From: Desulfobacterales bacterium
GTDB lineage: Bacteria; Desulfobacterota; Desulfobacteria; Desulfobacterales; RPRI01
Reading direction: 5' to 3'
DNA length: 64,000 nt
Assembly: GCA_046485065.1 (NCBI GenBank)
Contig: JAWOHP010000108.1
Location: 992 to 64,991, forward strand
The notes under the pieces were generated by a model. The model was given only the letters and a program-made list of their open reading frames with translations. It had not been told where the DNA came from and did not search any database. Of this stretch, positions 18,436 to 25,771 are shown in pieces (within the stretch, counting starts at the first letter, position 1; every line of letters begins with the position of its first letter). The translations under genes were made by a program, and so were the position numbers.

Positions 18436-19299
18436 ATGCATCTTAAGTCCAAATTTGACAAAGGGGTGTTTGCTGTTTTAGCAGAAATGGAGCCTCCCAA
18501 AGGAGTTGACGTTTCTTTGATGCTGACGAATGCCAATAAAATTAAAGGGAAGGTAGATGCCTTTGTTGTGCCTGAAATGAGCAGCGCTGTAATGCGCATC
18601 AGTTCGCTCGGCGGCGCATTGTTATTAAAGGGAAACGGTTTTGATACAATATTCCAGGTAAACTGCAGAGACCGTAACAGACTTGCCTTGCAGGCCGACC
18701 TGCTTGCAGCTGGTGCGAACGGAATCGAATATGTTATGACAGTAAACGGTGATGATCCTCGCTTTGGAGATCATCACGAAGCAAAGGCAGTAAATGATCT
18801 TGATTTAATTGAACTTATAAAAACAATCAACTGTATGAATAACGGTAAGGATTTGGCCGGGATCGAACTTTCAGGTTCACCTCAATTTTTAATTGGTTCA
18901 ACAGTTAATGCTGGCGCCAGCGGGCAGGCTCTGGTTCTTGAGCTTGAAGAGATGAAAAAAAAGATCGATGCCGGAACAAGCTTTTTTGTTACACCTCCAT
19001 TGTTTGATCCAGCCGGCATTCAGCCTTTTCTTGAGCGTGTAAACCTGTCAAAAACAAAAATAATTCCGACAGTGCTTTTGCTTAAATCCGTTGGAATGGC
19101 AAGATATATAGATCGTCATATGGATAACATCAAAATTCCTTCTGCCATAATTGATCGAATTCAGGCTGCTCCTGACAGAGTCAGCGAATGTATAAAGATT
19201 GCATCTGAAAGTATCGCAATGATTAAAAACGAAGGATTTGGCGGTGTTCTCGTTTCTACTATCGGATGGGAGAACAGGTTGCCTGAGATTCTGGGATGA
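18436..19299 (+). CDS. Methylenetetrahydrofolate reductase family protein (MetF paralogue, no adjacent MetV)
   Basis: ..FAVLAEMEPPKG.., ..QVNCRDRNRLALQADLLAA.. and ..FFVTPPLFD.. parallel the second MetF at 31477-32409 (..QMVTRDRNRIAIQSDILGA.., ..FIQTQCIYN..). Confidence 0.8.
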   Translation: MHLKSKFDKGVFAVLAEMEPPKGVDVSLMLTNANKIKGKVDAFVVPEMSSAVMRISSLGGALLLKGNGFDTIFQVNCRDRNRLALQADLLAAGANGIEYVMTVNGDDPRFGDHHEAKAVNDLDLIELIKTINCMNNGKDLAGIELSGSPQFLIGSTVNAGASGQALVLELEEMKKKIDAGTSFFVTPPLFDPAGIQPFLERVNLSKTKIIPTVLLLKSVGMARYIDRHMDNIKIPSAIIDRIQAAPDRVSECIKIASESIAMIKNEGFGGVLVSTIGWENRLPEILG

Positions 19300-19300
19300 G

Positions 19301-19448
19301 GACGGCTTCGTAAAAAGTCAGGATATCACACCAAGCCACAAATATCACAAAGTTAACATATTAATATTAAAATGAATTATTTCTTCGTGTCCTTAGCGCC
19401 TTTGTGAGAAAATATAATTTTTACTCATTTACCATTGTTATTGCTGTC
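19301..19448 (+). repeat. MITE-like element, same family (copy B)
   Basis: It starts GACGGCTTCGTAAAAAGTC 2 nt after the metF-paralogue stop. The right end ..TTTTTACTC..GCTGTC is degenerate and the internal sequence differs. Confidence 0.6.
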
Positions 19449-19461
19449 TTAAAAATTTAAA

Positions 19462-19499
19462 AGCCGTACTGTTGTAAACTACAGCAGTATGGCTTTTTT
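19462..19499 (+). terminator. Rho-independent terminator downstream of the orphan metF paralogue
   Basis: 15-bp stem AGCCGTACTGTTGTA / TACAGCAGTATGGCT (two G-U pairs), loop AAC, followed by TTTTT. Confidence 0.8.
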
Positions 19500-19707
19500 G
19501 TGTCGCAAAATCCAGCAGCATTATAACTCCTTTAATTAACAGAGAATAAAACAAAATAATTGAATAATAATTTATACTCCAAATTATTCTGTCGTAAAAT
19601 CATACAATAAATTATTTCCCGCTATCAGAAACCATCTCTTTGGTCATTATTTTGATAATCGTGTTAAATCAATTAGATAATGATATTAAGTTATTCATAT
19701 CATTAAA

Positions 19708-19723
19708 TGGCATGCTCCTTGCT
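19708..19723 (+). promoter_or_regulatory. Sigma-54 (-24/-12) promoter
   Basis: TGGCATGCTCCTTGCT against consensus TGGCACG-N4-TTGCW. GG and GC have the exact spacing. It lies 55 nt upstream of the ATG at 19779, which is preceded by AAAGGAGAGG. An NtrC-type activator is encoded about 2.6 kb downstream. Confidence 0.7.
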
Positions 19724-19778
19724 CTTACATAATGGACAGAAAACATCAATTATCAAAATTATAAAAAGGAGAGGCAAA

Positions 19779-20774
19779 ATGACAAATCATGATAACAGGG
19801 AACGGAGAAGCAAGCTGGGATATGGATCCACCTACAGAAAGGGAGATACTAAAGAACAGGCTCAAAGCGAGATTAAAACTGTTTTAGGCGGGCAGGTATG
19901 GATGGTAAAGCCTGATAAAAGCGCCCAAACGTCAAATCCCTGCATATGGATGAAGACAGGGCTTGTGAATTTTAAGGACTGCAATAATTTTTATGACTGC
20001 ACGACATGCAAGTTTGACCTGGGAATGACGAGAAAAGTTCAAAAGGGAAACCAGATAAGCTGGCAGGATGCAATGAGAAAAAGACCTCATATGAACAGGA
20101 TCTGCAGACACAGCCTTACAAATCGCATTGAAAAAAGGACATGTGCCTACGATTATGAGTGCTCAAAATGTGATTTTGACCAGTTTTTCGAAGACGTATG
20201 GACTACCAAAAGCAAAACAATGCCAGGCGAGATTCAGAATATTAAAGGATTTGATGTTCCTGTCGGTTACTATTTCCATGACGGCCATACATGGGCACGC
20301 ATAGAAAGCGGAGGATATATACGAATAGGATTTGATGATTTTTCCTTAAAGCTGCTCGGAAATGCCGATGCCCTTGATCTCCCTCTCATGGGTAAGGAGC
20401 TTGACCAGGGATTGGCAGGATGGGGTTTGAGGCGAAGGGAAAATACGGCTGATGTACTTTCTCCAGTCAACGGAGTTATAGTTGAAGTTAATTCGAAGGT
20501 CAGGGAAAAACCTGAAATTGCAAACAGAGAGCCATACGGGGATGGATGGCTGTTTATGGTGCGTTCTCCTGATATCAAAGGGACAGTTAAGAAACTGATG
20601 GATGACTCAACGAGCCCCGTGTGGATAAATGATGAAGTTGCCAAGCTTGAAAGAATGATTGAAGATGTTGCCGGGCCTCTTGCAGCAGACGGCGGTTATT
20701 TGAAAGAGGATATCTACGGAAATCTCCCTGGTCTTGACTGGAGAAATCTTGCAAGAACATTTTTGAAAACGTGA
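19779..20774 (+). CDS. GcvH-fold protein with N-terminal double Cys4 module (non-lipoylatable at the canonical site)
   Basis: The C-terminal ~130 aa align without gaps to GcvH (..HTWARIE..IGFDDFSLKLLG.., ..SPVNGVIVEVN.., ..EPYGDGWLF..). The N-terminus has two C-x12-C-x5-C-x2-C modules. The start was moved from 19707 to the SD-preceded ATG at 19779. Confidence 0.8.
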   Translation: MTNHDNRERRSKLGYGSTYRKGDTKEQAQSEIKTVLGGQVWMVKPDKSAQTSNPCIWMKTGLVNFKDCNNFYDCTTCKFDLGMTRKVQKGNQISWQDAMRKRPHMNRICRHSLTNRIEKRTCAYDYECSKCDFDQFFEDVWTTKSKTMPGEIQNIKGFDVPVGYYFHDGHTWARIESGGYIRIGFDDFSLKLLGNADALDLPLMGKELDQGLAGWGLRRRENTADVLSPVNGVIVEVNSKVREKPEIANREPYGDGWLFMVRSPDIKGTVKKLMDDSTSPVWINDEVAKLERMIEDVAGPLAADGGYLKEDIYGNLPGLDWRNLARTFLKT

Positions 20775-20872
20775 AAAGTGAATAGTGGATCGTGAATAGT
20801 AGATCGTTAATCGCAGTTGGAAAACGAACAGCTGACGATGAAAAACGAACCACGATCAACAAAGTTCGATAT
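20775..20872. repeat. Palindromic low-complexity element (same family)
   Basis: AGTGAATAGTGGATCGTGAATAGTAGATCGTTAATCG ... AACGAACAGCTGACGATGAAAAACGAACCACGATCAAC, starting right after the stop of the first gcvH-like gene. Confidence 0.65.
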
Positions 20873-20893
20873 TTATGTATTATGAGGTGAGAA

Positions 20894-21820
20894 ATGAAAA
20901 CTGCTCTTAATCAAAACAAGATAAAAACAAGTGCGAGTCCCTGCCTCTGGATGCAGGCAGGGATTGTCCGCAATAGATATTGCAAAATTTCCTATGATTG
21001 TACAGCGTGCCGTTTCGACAGAGTAATGTCGCGTGCTTCCGATGAAAACAGAACTATGCCAGGAAAAGGTAAATCCTATGAAAAAGGGAGAAAACACATT
21101 GTCCACTGGATTGATAAGATGAAGGAAATGCCTTCAACAAAACGCCCGTGCATTCATCATATGAAAGGGCGTATTGATTTCAAAAACTGCAGCCATGACT
21201 ACAGGTGCGCAAATTGCGAGTTCGATCAGTATTTTTATGACCAGTACACTGTTCACGCACTGGTAAAGCCTGTGGAAGTTTTTAATGTGCAGGGCTTCAG
21301 GATTCCTCAGGGATACTACATCCATAGAGGTCATGCCTGGGTTAAGATTGAAGAAGGCTCAACAGTGAGAATCGGGCTTGATGATTTTGCCCTGCGGCTA
21401 CTCGGAGCTATTGAAAATGTTGAAGCCCCTCTCGTCGGAAAGCAAATTAAACAGAATATCTCCCAGATTGTATTAAAACGGGGTGAAAAGAGCGCCGGAG
21501 TCCTTTCACCCGTCAGCGGTGTTGTGACGGATGTCAATACGAAGCTGCGGGAAGAGGGCGGCCTCGCCAATAAAAATCCCTATACCGAAGGCTGGGTTGT
21601 GAGACTTCATTCGGAAGGTCTCAGGAATGAACTTAAAGATCTTTATATAGGCTCCGAATCAAAAGAATTTATTGGAAAAGAGATCAGCCGTCTTTATGAT
21701 GTTATTGAAGAATCAGGGGGACTTTTAAATACTGACGGGGGATATCTCGGCGAAGACATATATGGGAATATGCCCCAGATAGGCTGGGAAAGATTAACAA
21801 GGCTTTTTCTCCGCACCTGA
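20894..21820 (+). CDS. GcvH-fold protein with N-terminal double Cys4 module (paralogue of 19779-20774)
   Basis: Same architecture as the upstream gene: CLWMQAGIVRNRYCKISYDCTAC and CIHHMKGRIDFKNCSHDYRCANC, then ..HAWVKIE..IGLDDFALRLLG.., ..SPVSGVVTDVN.., ..PYTEGWVV... GAGGTGAG SD. Confidence 0.8.
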   Translation: MKTALNQNKIKTSASPCLWMQAGIVRNRYCKISYDCTACRFDRVMSRASDENRTMPGKGKSYEKGRKHIVHWIDKMKEMPSTKRPCIHHMKGRIDFKNCSHDYRCANCEFDQYFYDQYTVHALVKPVEVFNVQGFRIPQGYYIHRGHAWVKIEEGSTVRIGLDDFALRLLGAIENVEAPLVGKQIKQNISQIVLKRGEKSAGVLSPVSGVVTDVNTKLREEGGLANKNPYTEGWVVRLHSEGLRNELKDLYIGSESKEFIGKEISRLYDVIEESGGLLNTDGGYLGEDIYGNMPQIGWERLTRLFLRT

Positions 21821-22375
21821 TTTCTTAAGACTTTTCATTTCATCATCCAGAAGAATTTTGCAGTACCTGCAAAGCTGATCCGACTTCCGGTCAACATCAA
21901 ATTCGGTTCGGCAATAGTGCATTATGCAAATGTTTTCCTTGCAATGGCGAAGATTGAATGTGTGACCGAGTTCATGGGCCGCTTCCTTTACAATCCTCTG
22001 TTTAAAAATGACGTCCGGATGAGCCACAGATATATGATCCTTGAGTCTGTAGGCGGAGACAACGCAGGCCTTTCCCCCAAGCTGTGCCTCCCCGTAAACA
22101 TGGGTTAAGATCGGAATAAACAGATCAACTTTTGTTACGGCAATTACTTTAATTGCAAAGGGAGGGGCTGATTTTTCAAGATGCTGAAGTATCGATGTCG
22201 AGTGGTACTGGTTCCGGCCTGAATCAAATGCAAAGTTAACATCTTCAAGGAGAGGAATAATCAGCGTCGGGAAACCGAATATCCTGTTTATTTCCTTTTT
22301 AAGAGGCTCGGTTATTTCGGAACCAAAATTGCCTATGGGAGAGATGACGATGCTATGTTCGGGATATATTTTCAA
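21794..22375 (-). CDS. Archaemetzincin-family zinc metalloprotease
   Basis: HELGHTFNLRHC-x4-C-x-M-x...-CRYC matches the archaemetzincin signature HExxHxxGxxHC...CxM...CxxC. Its stop lies 7 nt downstream of the response-regulator stop region on the same strand. Confidence 0.75.
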   Translation of the reverse strand: MKIYPEHSIVISPIGNFGSEITEPLKKEINRIFGFPTLIIPLLEDVNFAFDSGRNQYHSTSILQHLEKSAPPFAIKVIAVTKVDLFIPILTHVYGEAQLGGKACVVSAYRLKDHISVAHPDVIFKQRIVKEAAHELGHTFNLRHCKENICIMHYCRTEFDVDRKSDQLCRYCKILLDDEMKSLKKSGAEKKPC

Positions 22376-22382
22376 GATATGA

Positions 22383-23723
22383 TTATCTTTGAGCTATCAT
22401 ATATCGTCTGATTTTGCTGTAAAGAGTGGAACGGTCAATTCCCAGCTCTTTCGCAGTTTTTGATATATTCCAATCGTTTGCGTGAAGAACCTTTGTTATG
22501 TGAGCTTTTTCGATTCCGGCAAGGGTATTGTCTGAGAAAACGCAAATATCTTCCGGGCGGAAAATGGGGAGATCTTCAGGAAGAATTTTTCTTTTCCTGC
22601 TGACAACGACCGCCCTTTCTATAGCATTTTCAAGCTCTCTTATATTCCCCGGCCATTCATAAAGCATCATTTCATCCATTGCTTCGCGGCTGATATTATC
22701 TATCTGCTTATTGGTTTCATTGGAGAAGCGGTGAAGAAAATGCTCAGCCAAAAGCGGTATATCTTCCTTCCGTTCGCTTAAGGAAGGCATTTTAAAGGAG
22801 AAGACATTGAGTCGGTAATAAAGGTCTTCTCTGAATATGCCGGTCTTGATTGCTGCCTGGAGATCCCTGTTTGTGGCGGCTATAACCCTGAAATCAGCCT
22901 CCATTGGCTGGGTGCCCCCAACCCTATAAAATATGTGATCTTCTAGTACACGTAAAAGGTCAATCTGCATTCTCATGCTGATTTCACCTATTTCGTCCAG
23001 AAAAAGGGTTCCCCCGTGCGCCATCTCGAGACGACCTTTTTTGGTCGATTTGGCGTCTGTGAACGCACCTTTTTGATATCCGAACAATTCGCTTTCCATA
23101 AGATGTTCGGGTATAGCGCCGCAATTTACAATTACAAACGGCCCGTTGCATCGAGGACTGTTCGAATGAATAGCCTTTGCTGCAAGGCCTTTGCCAGTTC
23201 CGGTTTCGCCTGTTATAAGGACAGTGGAATTGGTGGGGGCTACGTTCTGTATGAGGTCAAATATTTTCTGCATAACGGGTGACTGGCCGATCAGGCTTTC
23301 AAACCTTGTTCTTTCCTTGTACTGCTCTCTGAGGTAAAGATTTTCTATGGCCTGAGCCTGACTTTCTTGGATTTTTTCGATAAGCACTCCAAGTTCATGA
23401 GGGTCAAATGGCTTCAGAAGATAATCAAAAGCTCCGTTCTTTATTGCCTCTATCGCGGTTGATATGGATCCGAAGGCAGTTATCATGACTATTGCCACAT
23501 CGGGGTCATCATCCTTTACCCGCTTCAAAACATCGAGCCCGCTGATTCCTTCCATCTTTATATCGACGAGAAGAATATCGAATCGAACCTCTTTGATTTT
23601 ATCGAGAGCCTCTTCACCGCTTGCTGCTATTTCAACCTCATGACCGTCACGCTTAAGCCAGCCGGACAAGGATTCCCGCATTATCAACTCGTCATCAACA
23701 ACAAGGATCCTTGATCTTTTCAT
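22383..23723 (-). CDS. Sigma-54-dependent response regulator (REC, AAA+, Fis-type HTH; NtrC family)
   Basis: REC (ILVVDDE..DILLVDIKM), Walker A GETGTGKG, GAFTDA (GAFTGA variant), ..FLDEIGE.., C-terminal HTH ..ISKTAKELGIDRSTLYSKI... Confidence 0.92.
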   Translation of the reverse strand: MKRSRILVVDDELIMRESLSGWLKRDGHEVEIAASGEEALDKIKEVRFDILLVDIKMEGISGLDVLKRVKDDDPDVAIVMITAFGSISTAIEAIKNGAFDYLLKPFDPHELGVLIEKIQESQAQAIENLYLREQYKERTRFESLIGQSPVMQKIFDLIQNVAPTNSTVLITGETGTGKGLAAKAIHSNSPRCNGPFVIVNCGAIPEHLMESELFGYQKGAFTDAKSTKKGRLEMAHGGTLFLDEIGEISMRMQIDLLRVLEDHIFYRVGGTQPMEADFRVIAATNRDLQAAIKTGIFREDLYYRLNVFSFKMPSLSERKEDIPLLAEHFLHRFSNETNKQIDNISREAMDEMMLYEWPGNIRELENAIERAVVVSRKRKILPEDLPIFRPEDICVFSDNTLAGIEKAHITKVLHANDWNISKTAKELGIDRSTLYSKIRRYMIAQR

Positions 23724-23757
23724 AGTTGAATCTCCGTAAAATTTGGTATGAACCGGA

Positions 23758-25293
23758 TCAATGCCTTATAGGAAGATCTATCTTGAAAACAGTCCCTTTT
23801 CCAATAGTAGAACTTACCTTTATGTAGCCTCCATGTTCCTGGATAATTCCGTATGCGAGGGAAAGACCCAAGCCTACGCCTTTTCCCCGTTTTTTTGTTG
23901 TAAAAAAAGGCTCGAAAATAGAAGTGAAATTTTCCTTGGGAATTCCTATTCCGGTGTCCTGAAATTTGGCAACAACCCTTCCTGTCCGGGCAAAGTGTTT
24001 TGTTGCGATTGTCAGAACACCCTTACCTTTTGATTCGACGGATTCAACCGCATTGGATACCAGGTTCATAATAACCTGCTGAAGTTGATCCTCGGACCCG
24101 ACAAGGTCCGGGAGATTCTGATCAAGCCGGTATTGTACCTTAACCTTGTTAATTTTAAGAAGGTTTGAATTTAAAAAGAGAGTATGCTCAATAAGCTTGT
24201 TCAGGTTTAACGGCTTTGATTCCATCTTGTTCTGTCTTGAAAATGCAAGCAGGTAGGATACAATACGGCTTGTTCTTCTTGTTTCATTTTCCATCAGGGT
24301 TAGATAGCGAAGAAATTCATTTACTTCCTTTTTTCCGACGGGATTTTCCTGGATGATGCGCTTGATAAGAAGTATAAGGTTGAGTATTCCTGCAATCGGA
24401 TTGTTTATTTCATGAACAACCGATGCTGAAAGCTTGCCGAGAGATGCCATCTTGTCTTTGTGGATAAGCTTTTCATGTGTTTCCTTGAGCTGTCTTGTGC
24501 GTTCCTCAACCATTTGCTCAAGGCGTCTTGTAATCTCTTCTTCTTCTTCCATTCGCTTTGTTATATCACGGCTGATATGGATGAATTTTGAGATCTTCCC
24601 ACCCTTTTCCCATACGGGATATATATTGACCTCGATATGATGAATCTTGTTATGACTGCCCTTCTGCGTTCTTACCTGCCGGACCGGCCTTTTGTTGCGT
24701 ATAACCTCCATAAGAGGACACGTCTGATCCTCCCTGCTGGTGCAGTCAATCTGATCCCTTTGAAGAACTTCGTAGCATTTTCGCCCTATGACCTTATCAC
24801 GGGAAAGCTTTATATTATTAAGGAAGGCTTCGTTGGCATCCACAATTGTCATATCGGGCGTAATAACGGATATAAAATCCTGGATTCCATTTAAAATTGT
24901 CTCCATGGCTTTATTTTGTTCTCTCAGCTTCCGTTCTTCCTGCCCGATTGCCTTCCAAAAAATCTCAAAAACATGATAAGATAAAATGCGGATGCGTGTC
25001 GGTCTAGTTGCAAGAATATCCTCCAGAATAAACGGTTCCGGCCTTAAAATTATAATAAGATGAATACTGTATATGGGGTCATAAAGTTCGTGGTAGTCAT
25101 TGACTGTAATGAGCCCCATTTTTGTCGCAAGCAACATACCTGGTTGGTCAGGGTCTGGATCGGCAACCGCAATAATAGGGGTAAAAACATCATCCTGTTT
25201 TAAATCGAAGGTGGTTTTTTCAAGGAGTTCCTTGCATAAATCATCTCCGCCAACAAGAGCTATGTTTATAATTGAAGCGGTCTTATCTGTCAT
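23758..25293 (-). CDS. Cytoplasmic sensor histidine kinase (N-terminal Rossmann-like region, PAS, HisKA, HATPase)
   Basis: No hydrophobic TM stretch is visible. H-box SVVHEINNP, N-box/G-boxes ..NLVSNAVES.., DTGIGI, GVGLGLS. A PAS-like segment lies between residues ~125 and 240. Confidence 0.88.
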   Translation of the reverse strand: MTDKTASIINIALVGGDDLCKELLEKTTFDLKQDDVFTPIIAVADPDPDQPGMLLATKMGLITVNDYHELYDPIYSIHLIIILRPEPFILEDILATRPTRIRILSYHVFEIFWKAIGQEERKLREQNKAMETILNGIQDFISVITPDMTIVDANEAFLNNIKLSRDKVIGRKCYEVLQRDQIDCTSREDQTCPLMEVIRNKRPVRQVRTQKGSHNKIHHIEVNIYPVWEKGGKISKFIHISRDITKRMEEEEEITRRLEQMVEERTRQLKETHEKLIHKDKMASLGKLSASVVHEINNPIAGILNLILLIKRIIQENPVGKKEVNEFLRYLTLMENETRRTSRIVSYLLAFSRQNKMESKPLNLNKLIEHTLFLNSNLLKINKVKVQYRLDQNLPDLVGSEDQLQQVIMNLVSNAVESVESKGKGVLTIATKHFARTGRVVAKFQDTGIGIPKENFTSIFEPFFTTKKRGKGVGLGLSLAYGIIQEHGGYIKVSSTIGKGTVFKIDLPIRH

Positions 25294-25320
25294 TGCAGTG
25301 AGTACTTTTTTTAAGATCTA

Positions 25321-25545
25321 AGTTGAAATAGTGAATAGTCGATAGTGAAAAGTGAATAGTAAAAAGGATTCAAGGATTCAAGTTTAGATAGGAATCAGGC
25401 ATTAGGCAATAGTGAGTAAAGCTGAATATCGGGTTTCGTTGATCCACGACCTGCGATCGACTATTCACTGTTTATTATTAACTGCCATATCTCGCCTTAC
25501 GACTATTCACTATTCACTGTTCACCTTTCCCTTTTCAACTATCAT
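25321..25545. repeat. Palindromic low-complexity element (same family, largest copy)
   Basis: Left arm AGTTGAAATAGTGAATAGTCGATAGTGAAAAGTGAATAGT, right arm CGACTATTCACTATTCACTGTTCAC..TTTCAACT (complementary). An embedded GGATTCAAGGATTCAAG is present. Confidence 0.7.
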
Positions 25546-25771
25546 GATTAAATATCTGATTCAAGGCTAAATTATTGACTTTATTTTATCGGTTATTTTT
25601 TCTTGACTAGACACCGGGTATCTAATATATGCGTCAAAATGTATAAATACGATTCATAAATTATTATCAATATAAGTTTGCGAATCGTGATGATATAAAG
25701 AATATTATATTATTGTAACATTTTAACTAATTGTTATTCTATTATTTATTTTATTGAATGAGGAGTGCCGC

